Shown: piece by piece, positions 52,101 to 62,080 of the stretch
Layout: each line of letters starts with the position of its first letter
How positions within the stretch are numbered: the first letter of the stretch is position 1
Source of the DNA: Camelus ferus
Taxonomy: Eukaryota
NCBI RefSeq assembly: GCF_009834535.1
Contig: NC_045697.1
Location: forward strand, 50,966,001 to 51,030,000
Direction: 5' to 3'
DNA length: 64,000 nucleotides
Notes under the pieces: generated by a model
Told to the model about the DNA's origin: nothing
What the model saw: the letters and a program-made list of their open reading frames with translations, nothing else
Database searches by the model: none
Position numbers and translations under genes: made by a program

Positions 52101-55100
52101 CTGGCTAGCCTGTGTCATCATTCGAGTTTTCAGTCTCTACCAAAGAATCCACATATACAATATCCTATTATTAAGATTTTTATAGAAAATCATATTACTC
52201 TTGTAGGAAGTCATCTTGCTCGTCTGTGAATTGTTTGCACACAAACTGGTCTTCTGTAAACCTGCTGAGTGGCAGGGATGAGAGATCAGGTTTGTCATCG
52301 TTTTCCGAAGTGATAACGCATTCCCCTCGGAATGGCTCTGGCAGTTCACAGCATGGAGTGAACTTGCTGGATAGGATGGCCTGTTGTGAGCAGATATAGT
52401 TCATGAGCTGGCTCTATAAAACATAAAAGGGAGCAGTTATTTTTGATGACTTCATTCTGAACGTATTTATCTTTATTGTTATTAGTAGGAAACCAGAGAA
52501 AAACTTGGCATCTTATATTGCTTTTTTCCTTGGCAAACTGAGATACCAAAATGGTCTCATTTTAATAAGGCTCATTCTAGTGACTCATTTTAATAAGAAA
52601 CCTCTCTATGTGACCATACTCAAGTGTCACAAGCTCTTTTAACACCTCTTAAAGTACTTAAAGGAAGATTGCATTATTGTTTCCATGTTTAACCCAATAA
52701 AATACAAATGAAGAGTTTTATTACTTGGTACTGTTATTGTTTTAGGATCCCAGTTTAGAAAACATTCCATCTCTGTCATTTTCTATATACATTACTATTA
52801 TATTACCATTACACTTACATTTTTACTTATACACACATACACACAAATAAGTATGTGAGTGTGTGAACAAGCCAGTCTCCATACTTAAGGAAATCACAAT
52901 CTAGTTGGAGAGTTAAATAATTAGACATTAATAATGCACTATAAAAGAAATTGCTAGAGAAATGAACACATTATACTCGGGAAGGAAAAAGTGATTGGGT
53001 AGACTTCAGAGCTCCTAAGAGGTAGAAGTGACAAGATTTTAATAAACAATAATTCAGTTGGAGGCAGGGAGTGGGGTGAAGATGAAGAATCTAGAATGAT
53101 ATGGGACACTGGGTTGATGGCAGCAAAATTTACTGAAATTGATATTCAGGAGAAAAGAACAGGTTTGAGGAGAATGGTTTAAAAGGGAAGCCAAAAAGTT
53201 CACTGTTGGAATATAGGGCTAAAATGACTTAAGGCGTCTGCATGGAGATTTCCTCTAAGCAGCTGGGAGCGTAGATTAAGGGATCAGGAACGAAGAAGAA
53301 TGTACTGAAGATCCGAATCTGAGAGTGATTAATTGAATCCACGTTATGAAGTCAGGTTGAGACCGACAAGGGAGAACGTGTATGTTAGTTACGTGAGGAA
53401 CCTGCTCTCAGTGGCTTGAAAGAATCAAATTTGTTTCTTTCTCAGTAAGTCCCTGTTGAGAAGGGGAAGTGAACTGCCTCTAGGCAGTAGTTCTGGGAAC
53501 CAGGCAGACGGAGGCTCTGCCATCTCCAGCCTGTGGGTTCTAACATTGCTCTCAGTTTGGAGGCAATTTGGCAAGGCGATTCTTTTTTTTAATTAAAATA
53601 TAGTCAGCTTACAATGTTGTGTCAATTTCTGGTGTAGAGCAGAATAGTTCTGTCATACGTATACATATATATATTCATTTTCATATTCGTCTTCATTATA
53701 GTTACTGCAAGATATTGAATATAGTTCTCTGTGCTATACAGTATAAATTTGTTGTTTATCTACTTTATATATAGTAGTTAGCATCTGCAAATCTCAAACT
53801 CCCAATTTATCTTTTCTCACCCCCTTCCCCTCTGGTAAGCATAAGTTTGTTTTCTGTGTCTGAGTCTCTTTCTGTTCTGCAAATAAGTTTATTTCTCTCT
53901 CTCTCTCTCTTTTTTTTAAGATTCCACATGTAAGTGATACTATATGGCATTTTTCTTTCTCTTTCTGGCTTACTTAACTTAGTATGATGATTTCCAGGTC
54001 CATGCATGTTGCTGTAATGGCATTATTTTATTATTTTTATGGCTGAGTAGTATTCCATTGTGTAAATATACCACAACTTCTTTATCCAGTCATCTGTCAA
54101 TGGACATTTAGGTTGTTTCCATGTCTTGGTTATTGTAAATAGTGCTGCTGTGAACATCGGGGTGGGCCAGGCCTAGAAATGGCATAAATCACTTCTGACT
54201 AGGTTCCTCCTAGCTGTGAGGCTGGAAGGAAGCGTCCTTATGGCCCAGCAGTGACTTAGGGGAGAGTGACTCCTTGCTGGATGGTTACAAAAGGAAAAGG
54301 CAAGAACAGATTTACTGAGAATACTAATTTTAAGAGTCATAGAAGAGAGAAAGAAAATTGATGAAAGAAACTGTAAGAATATAGGCATTCTATTCAGACT
54401 GAAAACTTCTCCCACCATCTCTGAGACTTTGGATGTAGGGCCAGTGAGTTCTAAGCTGTCCATGCCCCACGGCTCTCATCCCTTGATGCCACATCTTTGT
54501 TTTGCTTGTTTCTTCTTTCCTCCAGGCTGATGTGGCCTGAGGGTATAGTTTGCAATTCCAGGATTTGCTCAAGATTTAAAGATGAATGAAATATAATCCC
54601 AGTTTGGAAAGAAATTATAGATCAACTCTAAAATCTTAAGAATAAAAGAATAAAGTAAAGTAAGACAGAATGAGGAAGGAAGGAAGAAGGGAAGAAGGAA
54701 GGGAGGGAGGAAGGAAAAGGAAGAAAATAATTATCACATGAGCTGAGAAGAGAGGACAGGAGACACCATTCTACTGATAACATTGAGAAATGACAACTGC
54801 TTTTTTAGATTCATTATATATTACTGACACTTCTACTTAAGAATTACAGGTATTTTAAGGACTGAAGTGAGTTTTAAGAAAAAGAGGCTCTTACCCTGCC
54901 AAACACACATGCTGCTGCATTTCCTTCACAACAGGTCTGATGCAGATTTTTAATAACCGTGGCCAGTTTGGCAATTTCAGAAAAGTTAGCTTTCGGTTGT
55001 TTTTTAGTCAACAGAACCAGTTCCCTGAAAAAAAAAAAAGAAGTACATTTTAAACAGTATTTTGAATTCAGTCCTTTCTAAAATTAATCCTAGTTCACCA

Positions 55101-58100
55101 AGTAACCAAAATAGAAACATATTTACAAATGAGGGATGAAGAAAGTAATATGTTATAATTGTTTTCTATTTCCTCAGTGATAGAACCCAGAGCCAGAGAT
55201 CTAAGTCACCAAATGAAAATTCAGTTCAGAATTGTGTAAATATAGTCATTTTCATCACTTAAACTATTGCTTAAAAAATCTGAGTTGCTTAGATAGGTAA
55301 TTTGGGAATTTATCTGACCTGACTTTTCAAATAAAATTCTTTATCATAAAGACAATAATTATAGGAGGTTTGGTTCTTCCTTGCCCCTTTCTGTTGACAA
55401 CTGAACAACATCCCTGAAATTTTTCTAGAAGTATGAAAAATGGGCCTGCCTTGTAAGGAGAACTGAGCTTCCAGGCAGCCCAACGTGTCCTAAATTGGGG
55501 AAGAAGGGGAAATAAGGAAGATGCATGTCTTCCGGGATAAACTTGGAAAGAAACACAATCTGAGCCAAGAAAGAAGGGCCTGAGTATTATCAGATTCTTA
55601 TTCTCCTCCTAACTCGCACTCCTCCATCCCTACTCCCCAAAAAACACCACTTGCTTTTTCTGTTCTAGGTGACATTAGAGCCAAAATCTTTCCTATCTTC
55701 CAAGAGAAATATGCCTTTTGTCCTCCAGCCTTTACAGTGCAGAACAATTAAGTGCTTGCATCTGAATATACAGAACCTCTTGTGCACTGAAGAAGAAACT
55801 AAAGGACTTGAGATGATGGAGAAATTGAGGCAGGAGACATGGGTGGAGATGAGGATTGTGCAATTTCACGCACAGCCCTGTGTGCCCTATCAAATAGGCA
55901 AGTAGCAGACATGTAGAGAAAGGAACCAGGTTTATACTGAGAGGCATTAGTAAACGAAAGATAAAAGATTTTTCAAAGGAGTTTAATCAAAGAGGGTGAT
56001 CCAAAGCAACAAAGTGCACAAATCTGAACAGGTAACTTACACTGCTTTTGCTACCTTGTGGTTGAATTTAATCCCAATTTCACATAAGTGGTGATGCCTC
56101 AAAGATATTTCTCTAATGTACTTTCTGATGGGTTCTAGCTGTAATTAGAAAAATGACTCATCATCAAAGAAATATGGTAATAACAGAAAAAGTTCATCTC
56201 ATCACTAGTAAGGAAGAGATAAAAATAAAAATTGTGTATCTCCTCAAAATTAGAAATTTTTTATTGTCTTATCTACAAAGCCAAATGCAAAAGCATAACT
56301 TGGTGGAGTTGTTTTTTTTTTTTAATAAAATAACATCTCACCCAGAGATCACTTGTCCCAAAACTTAGATATTTGGCATATAAATGAGAAAATGAGCAAA
56401 CAAAAGTCCAAAGAGCCACTAAAATAAATTCCAATAATGTCTTACATTTGTATTCTGGTTTTATTCAAGTTACTAGCTCTGTCATCCTGAACATGTCTCC
56501 AAATGCTTATCTAAAATACATGCTCGTTTTATAATACATATTAATTGGAGTGCCCCCCCAAAATATTCATATTCTTTAACCCAGGATTTTGACTTTTGAA
56601 ACTCTATTGCAAATAAGTGTTTCTAAACAAATAAAAACATAATTATGCAAAAAGAAGAACAGTGCATGTTCTGTTATGGTAGCAAAATTTCGGAGACAAA
56701 GTATCACAAAAGAAGGGTGATGGTTAAGTGAATAATGGCACATTATTTTGAAAAGATGTATACTTCTAATGAAAAGTATGTATATTTAAGTCTCTAATCA
56801 AAACTATATATTAAGTGTGATCACAACAATGTATAAAATAAAATCTGTGAATGTAGGGGACTATATTCAATTTCTTGTAATAAGCAGTAATGGAAAAGAA
56901 ACTGGAGATAAATATATGTGTGTATGTATATGTATAACTAAATCACCTTGCTGTACACCTGAAACTAACATTGTAAATCGACTACACTTCAATAAAAAAT
57001 AAGAGTAAAAAAAAATCTGTGAATGAAAAAAATGAATAAAAGGAAATATACCAAAATCAGTATCTCTGTGTGGTGGGAATATAAGTAATATTTTAAAATT
57101 TTATTTTAAATTTATATTTATATTTTCACTTAAAACATGATATTGACCATATATTATTTTTACTTCAGGTTTCAGCACCTCACCTATTTTTAAGAACAAG
57201 TTAGAAAATTTATATAGAGGCAATTTTCAAAGCACAGAACTGGCACAATAGTCATTTATATTTTGTAATTATAAATATCATTTTTATCCTTATTTTGTTG
57301 TATTAGACTCTTGAAATCAAATACAAACAAGCTTATCCACTTCTTCATAAGAAAGACTGTGAAGACTTAACTCATAAACGGCATTCTCTGATCAGGCACA
57401 CTTTATACACACTTGGCTATGCAACTTACTCGGAGGAAGAACTTGTAGTAGCAAACATCCTGGAAGCAGCAAGACTGCAAACATCACAAAGTGGGGGAGA
57501 CAAGGAAAGACCTCTTGGCTAACTTAAAAGCACCTGCTTATGCTTAAATTATAGGGGCATTAATTTCCTCTGAAAAGGATTAAGATTAAGAAAACTTTGT
57601 AACCGATTACCTTAAAACAAACAAATAAACAAAAACCAACCCCCATGAAAAAGCTCATTCTTCAGAAATGTCAGGTAACGAGACATGTCTGCACAATCAC
57701 TTGTTTTTTGTTGTTTTTAATAATATGAAATGAAAAGGGGGAAAAAAAGACTGTCCTGCTTAGGAATTCAGAATTGGCTTCTGGAGGAATTGGAGTTCAC
57801 CAGGGAAAGAATGGAAGGAAGGTAAGAAATATATATATATAGCTTTAATGATAATAGCGATGATCACTGAGTACTTGGCATACATTAGAGACTCTTTCAA
57901 TACATTATTGAATTTCTTACACAAAGCAGATGATGAGGAGAAGCTCAATAGGAGAAATAGGTTTAGGGAAATAGAGAAATAGGGGTTGAGAGGAATATGA
58001 GAGAAATTCTCACTGAGAAGATCAAAGAAAACAGCAAGAAAAAAGTGGCACTGCACTTAACCTTGAGGGATTTTTTCAAAATGATTATCAAACTACTATT

Positions 58101-59184
58101 CATTTCAGTATGACCTTTGGGAAAATCCATCTGGTGCCCCCTCTAAAGATGGTTATATTATGTTGATATTTATAAACTTTAATGAGCATGCATAAAAAGT
58201 ACTTTTATCTTGGAACTAATCACTGATTTACATCTATTCAATAAAGGAGAAAAGGCCACCTGGTTAAAATTAAGTGTAGCGAACTGTATTTTCCAAAGAT
58301 GGCTACAAAAATATCTTCTATCTCATCTCTTCTTACAATGAGCTTTTCTTACAGTTTATTTACTTTCTCCTTCAAACTGGTGAGGTTTACAGTGTTTCAA
58401 CCAATAATAGCATATAGCAGAAGTAACTTTTGAGGCCTGGTCAGAACAGGCCATACAACTTCTGCTTTATCCACTAGAATGTTCATTCTTGAGACTTTGG
58501 CCACGTATCCGCAGTCTTATTCCCTGAGGCTGCCGTGCTGGAAGGGAGCCCAAACTAGCCAAGCCAGAGAAACCACATGCAGAAGCACTGAGATGACATG
58601 AGAAGAAAGAGACGTTGAACCAACCCCCAAGTGCTTCAGCCCCTCAGAGTCCCAGATCCATCCATTGTGTGGCACATGAAAAATCAGGAGCCAGAATGCC
58701 CCAGATAAGCCTCTTCCTGAATCCCTGACCCATAGAAACCACGAGAGATAATAAATGATTGTTATTGTTTTGAGACTAAACTTTGGGGTGTTCTGTTATT
58801 CAGCAATAATAACTGGGGTATTAAATCTTTATTAAGAAGTGATAGCTACACTAGATATGCTTCTCTCATTTTAAGGACTATAAGAACTGCCTGAGTACCT
58901 TGTTAGAATGAAGTCTTATTTAGTAGGGCTAGAGAAGAGCTTCAGGTCTTGCATTTCTAACAGGCTTCCAGGTAATGCACCTGCCTGTGGTCCACAGGCC
59001 ACATTTAGCACAACAAGGCCCTAAAAAACAGTTAACTTAAGAGTATTTTACCTTTCTCTGGAAGCATTCGGTCTTATTTCCTTCTTGGCAACATGACTGA
59101 ACAGCTGTTTCATAGCAAGCTGACATGGTCAGAATAGTGGGGCCGTACAAGAATGGGTGCTTTCTAGACGTTTCATACATGTAC
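30513..59184 (-). CDS. Albfm1: Albumin-superfamily gene, alpha-fetoprotein-related gene (ARG / Albfm1 ortholog), exons 5-14: complement join(59052-59184,56041-56138,54895-55024,52199-52413,50608-50740,48884-48981,46501-46639,43813-44039,34474-34606,30513-30557); exons 1-4 lie beyond the window end
   Basis: Exon sizes 133,98,130,215,133,98,139,227,133,45 match albumin/AFP exons 5-14 (224 for exon 12). Phases chain into one stop-free frame and all 27 canonical Cys are present. Sequence differs from ALB, AFP and AFM (C-terminus [14 protein letters not shown]). Tail-to-tail position next to RASSF6 is the known ARG location. Family assignment is firm; the ortholog name is from recall. Confidence 0.9.
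31134..31180. repeat. (CA)n microsatellite, about 23 units
   Basis: Directly visible. Confidence 0.97.
33621..33652. repeat. (TTTTA)n pentanucleotide repeat
   Basis: Directly visible. Confidence 0.9.
34474..34606 (-). CDS. Albfm1: ARG/Albfm1 exon 13 (133 nt): [44 protein letters not shown]
   Basis: tttctgattcag acceptor, gtaacc donor; aligns to albumin ALVELVKHKPKA...CCKADDKETCFAEE. Confidence 0.95.
35825..35940 (+). mobile_element. Short L1 3' end insertion
   Basis: aaccgaatcattatgctgtatatcagaaattaacacaacattgtcaatcaactatactt + A tail. Confidence 0.85.
40960..41484 (+). mobile_element. Highly degraded L2 ORF2 (endonuclease region) remnant
   Basis: Pyrimidine-rich; cttgctctgtatgaaatcatg and gcctggtcatgccccttcatttttgatgac recall L2 LALTETW and YRPPG motifs. 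Confidence 0.45.
41486..41977 (+). mobile_element. MLT1G/H-like MaLR LTR
   Basis: tgtggcagattg...aagtgaagtctatttccacacccc...tctgggctggccctgtgac...ttatgcagcaaaaattaactcaca. Confidence 0.75.
43340..43523 (+). mobile_element. Short L1 3' end insertion
   Basis: ctgtatagcacagggaactatattcaat...acaccagaaactgacacaacattgtaaactaactatac; approximate TSD aaa(g/a)ctaatg. Confidence 0.9.
43813..44039 (-). CDS. Albfm1: ARG/Albfm1 exon 12 (227 nt): [75 protein letters not shown](K)
   Basis: ctcctgggaaag acceptor, gtaagg donor; one codon longer than albumin exon 12. Confidence 0.93.
45340..46165 (+). mobile_element. MER21-like ERV solo LTR
   Basis: ttggtctttgaccacagttcctgacac...ggggctggtcacca...ccatgattagaggcttggaa...gagggtgacacaccccaactcc...acagaagcccctgcactcggg...ttcatctggctgttcatctg. 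Confidence 0.8.
46501..46639 (-). CDS. Albfm1: ARG/Albfm1 exon 11 (139 nt): [46 protein letters not shown]
   Basis: ttctttcag acceptor, gtaagc donor; YTKKAPQL motif as in AFP. Confidence 0.96.
47000..47600 (-). mobile_element. L2 fragments
   Basis: gtgtttattggttgtctacaatgtgg 3'-end motif just upstream and gtaattcaagtgagagacggtgatggccggaactagg body motif. Confidence 0.55.
47636..47812 (+). mobile_element. MER5A relic
   Basis: cagtgcttcttaagtgtg...cagattctcaggctccatcccaga...aacaggccctccaggtaatt...aaagtttgagagccac. Confidence 0.8.
47898..48190 (+). mobile_element. Short L1 3' end insertion with target-site duplication
   Basis: acagactcacagacgtagaaaacaaactta...caactatacttcagtaaaaa; TSD attctctctga at 47887-47897 and 48192-48202. 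Confidence 0.92.
48884..48981 (-). CDS. Albfm1: ARG/Albfm1 exon 10 (98 nt): [32 protein letters not shown](R)
   Basis: tatttttcag acceptor, gtatgc donor. Confidence 0.95.
49660..49880 (+). mobile_element. MIR SINE
   Basis: tgtgtgacattgggcaagtcacttgaaccttctgaa...ctcatctataaaatg core. Confidence 0.7.
50608..50740 (-). CDS. Albfm1: ARG/Albfm1 exon 9 (133 nt): [44 protein letters not shown]
   Basis: gacacag acceptor, gtaaat donor; [10 protein letters not shown] albumin motif. Confidence 0.96.
52199..52413 (-). CDS. Albfm1: ARG/Albfm1 exon 8 (215 nt): [71 protein letters not shown](E)
   Basis: tgttttatag acceptor, gtaata donor; overlaps ORF 52195-52404. Confidence 0.96.
53583..54165 (-). mobile_element. 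L1 3' fragment inserted in an MLT1-type LTR (flanks about 53380-53580 and 54165-54310)
   Basis: tttaattaaaatatagtcagcttacaatgttgtgtcaatttctggtgta...gattccacatgtaagtgat...tttatggctgagtagtattccattg...gtgctgctgtgaacatcggggtg. Confidence 0.92.
54672..54725 (+). repeat. (GGAA)n-like low-complexity repeat
   Basis: Directly visible. Confidence 0.85.
54895..55024 (-). CDS. Albfm1: ARG/Albfm1 exon 7 (130 nt): [43 protein letters not shown]
   Basis: poly-T cag acceptor, gtaaga donor. Confidence 0.96.
56041..56138 (-). CDS. Albfm1: ARG/Albfm1 exon 6 (98 nt): [32 protein letters not shown](V)
   Basis: tttctaattacag acceptor, gtaagt donor. Confidence 0.95.
56854..57011 (+). mobile_element. Short L1 3' end insertion with 14-bp TSD
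   Basis: TSD aaaatctgtgaatg at 56840-56853 and 57012-57025; L1 tail gctgtacacctgaaactaacattgtaaatcgactacacttcaataaaaa. Confidence 0.92.
58275..58820 (+). mobile_element. MLT1 MaLR LTR
   Basis: tgtagcgaactgtattttccaaagatggctaca...cctgacccatagaaaccacgagagataataaatg...ttattcagcaataataactgg. Confidence 0.8.
59052..59184 (-). CDS. Albfm1: ARG/Albfm1 exon 5 (133 nt): [44 protein letters not shown]
   Basis: aattacag acceptor, gtaaaa donor; aligns to AFP FIYEIARRHPFLYAPTIL...SCCKAENAVECFQTK. Confidence 0.96.
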
Positions 59185-59864
59185 CTGTAATTTGACAAAT
59201 ACAAAGTTATATAATTTGGAATTCAAGAACATGTGCTGACACTGCGTCCTAAAAACTTGGTGTCCATTTAGATTTGTTGACCTGAAACTTGTAGAATTTC
59301 CTGGTGACAGAGATGAGATGGCACTGTACTTAAATACATCAAATGTTCACTCTTGATAGGTCACTGTGAGGTTGGTCAGACATTCTCCAAGTGCCCATGA
59401 AGTGACCAACTGTACCTTCTGGGCCAGTAGAGGGAAAAAATCAGTAATTAATGAAGTAATTAACTAATTAAAACTCTTCATTTTTATAGAAGTAGTAGAA
59501 GGTCAAAAGTTCCTTAGTCTCAACTGATTATAAATAGATGATTGCACACCTGGTGAAGGGGAATTAAATTTGAAGCTATTGGTGGGTGAAGAGGAATCTC
59601 TAGATCACCCATAAGTTCTTTCTAGACTAGGAAGGATAATGCCATTGTCCTCCAAGATGTGTCACTCAGTGCTTTGGTTTGCTGCTGAATCCCAGTCTTT
59701 ATTTCCTTCTCTAATTCATTCTTCACACTCACTGTAGAGCCTGGGCATCAGGTCTGCCTTTCACTTATAATCATCTCTCCTCACACTATTCCACGAAACT
59801 TGTGCAAATCACTTACTCACCCCCTCCCCCGCCACATACACAAATACCCAGTAAAAGCTGACAT

Positions 59865-60950
59865 TGCAGACAAAAACTGGCTCAATGCTCACACAGACCC
59901 GTTCTTATGCACACAGGAAGACTACTCTCCCAGCCTCCCTTGCAGTTAGGTGGGAACATCTAGCTGAGTTCTAATCAATGAAATATGAATAAACATACCA
60001 TACACCACTTCTAGACTTGGCTATTAATTACTTTGCACGGTTCCCTACTCTCCCTCTTTCTTTTTCACAGTAACCTTGGAAACACATGCTCCAGATGGTA
60101 TAGCTCCAACATGGAAGCATCTTTCATTCCTGAGTTACCCCTTGGAGGAGAGTTGTCAGGAGCTGAGCTGAGCTGAGCTGGAGAAGGCTGAGCTGCCGAG
60201 GGCCAGAGTAGCCAATGAAGACAAAAAGCCAAAATGAAAGTAAGAGTCAAGGATTTAACTACATACTGGGATAGTGTAAGCAAAACGCTAAGCTGGGGAA
60301 AGCGCTGACTACTCGCCCCAACTTCACTTCCCCCGCTGTGGACCTGCACCAAGCAAGAATCAGGCAGATCGCCACAGACATGGGGTGGCTCAGTCCTGGG
60401 GGAGTCTCAGACAAAAGGCTCCTGCAGCTTTGTGGACGCTGGGGCAAGGGAGAAGGAGAGGAGAAAGATCTGAGTACTGAGTCAAAGGGCTGAAAACTCT
60501 CTTTAAGTCTTTCTCCATCCCCCCATAAGGAAGTCTCAGCAGAGGCACCGAAGAAGGCCTCTGTCAAAGGCCCCCTATTAAAAGGCCTCCAAATGCAGGC
60601 ACCTTGACTCCCAATGCAGCTATTCATAGGCACACACCAGCCAGTCTTTGACTGCAACTTCTTCAGAGACGGCGATGCATTGGCTGTGCACCAATTCTGG
60701 TGTGAGGAGGGCAGCTCTCCCTTTTGAGACCTGTCATTTATAAATGCCTACTGTCAGGACTGCCTGAAAAAACAAAAACATAAAACCACGCATAGGTTTT
60801 TAGCCAGGAACCAGCCTCCTCGAGGGTCACCTAAGAGAACCATCCAATTTAGACTACCATGAGCAAGAAATAAATATTTATTGAATTAAGTCACTGAATA
60901 TTCTGGATTTACTTGTTACCACAGCATAGCCGAGTCCATCCTGATTATTA
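59865..60950 (+). mobile_element. MLT1J-like LTR split by a nested LTR-like insertion (60154-60756)
   Basis: tcccagcctcccttgcagttaggtggg 5' part and gaattaagtcactga...ttgttaccacagcatagcc 3' part flank an unrelated insert of about 600 bp. Confidence 0.65.
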
Positions 60951-61699
60951 CCATGTTGCCCCTAGTGAAGTTTTAAGATGTAATGTCTACAAAGTAAGCC
61001 TAAGTCACCAGAAAAAAATGGCCCTGGTTCTCAACATTAAAGGGACAATGAGGGAAGTGATAGATAAAGAGCATCATCTCAGCGTTAAAGAGATAATGGG
61101 GAAAGTGACAGACAAAGAACAGAGACCAGGCATGGCACGCTGGTAGGTTCCTCCCGCCGCCCACTCCTTGGATAGTGTCTAAAGCTTTACTCCTGCAACG
61201 TCCGTCACTGCCATTCCTCTTGGGATGCCAACTAGGGCTACAATTGCAGCAGCCATTGAAGTCTAGTCTGATGACAAGTTTGCTACTATTGCCTTCACTA
61301 TAATGATTGCAAAAGCAATTATAGCTTGTGACAAATGGCCAAAGAAGTGCCTGAAATATTTGACTAGGATCCCCTAGTTCTACAGAAGCTAGGAAACTAA
61401 ATCACACTAAAAAAGACAGCTAGGGTTTCTGGGGTCAGGGACCATATCCATGCGGAACTTCATCAGAAGAGTATTTCTCGTAGCTCTCTGAGGCTTAGAG
61501 ACAGATACAGACATGGCCAGACATTGCTCTAACGAAGATGGGAGATTTTGCAGGAGGCCTGAAACACTAACCAAGCCTCAGCAGAGACTTTATCTAACAG
61601 CTGATATGTATAGCAATCCTGTGCTAGCATTTCCCATAGGTTAAGAGCAAGAAATCTTTTCTTGTTGGTGAGTGATCAAAATGGTGGCCATTAGAGTAA

Positions 61700-62080
61700 T
61701 TTATCAAACAGTTCCACCTCCCCTCCTTCCAGGCAAAGGATAGGATTGCACATTCCCACCCCCTCTGAAGTGAGGCATGATAATGTGACTTGCCGTGGTT
61801 AATAATATGTGAGTAGAAACAATGAGTATTACTCCAAATAAAGACTTCAGAGGCAATGCATGGTTTACTACCATCCCCTCCCCTTGCCACGGTAATCAGG
61901 AAGGCAGGTGTTGAGATGGGGCCTCTGTCAGCAAGTCCCTCAGTGACTATGATAAGCGGACTTCCTACCAATCAACACTGGCCAGAGAGCATGTGTGAAA
62001 AATAAAACTTTTGTTACATTAAGTTGCTGAAAATTAGAGGTAATTTGCCAACATAGTGTAATTTAGCTTATCCTGGGATT
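61700..62080 (+). mobile_element. MLT1 MaLR LTR
   Basis: ggattgcacattcccaccccctctgaagtgaggcatga...aaataaaacttttgttacattaagttgctgaaa...ttagcttatcctg. Confidence 0.7.

Noticed and set aside
30513..59184. Calling the minus-strand gene AFM, AFP or ALB
   Set aside because: The translation diverges from all three, afamin ends earlier (SPKIGN), and the position next to RASSF6 fits ARG
59444..59472. AT-rich gtaattaa repeats resembling an HNF1/homeodomain site
   Set aside because: Poor match to GTTAATNATTAAC and common in AT-rich introns
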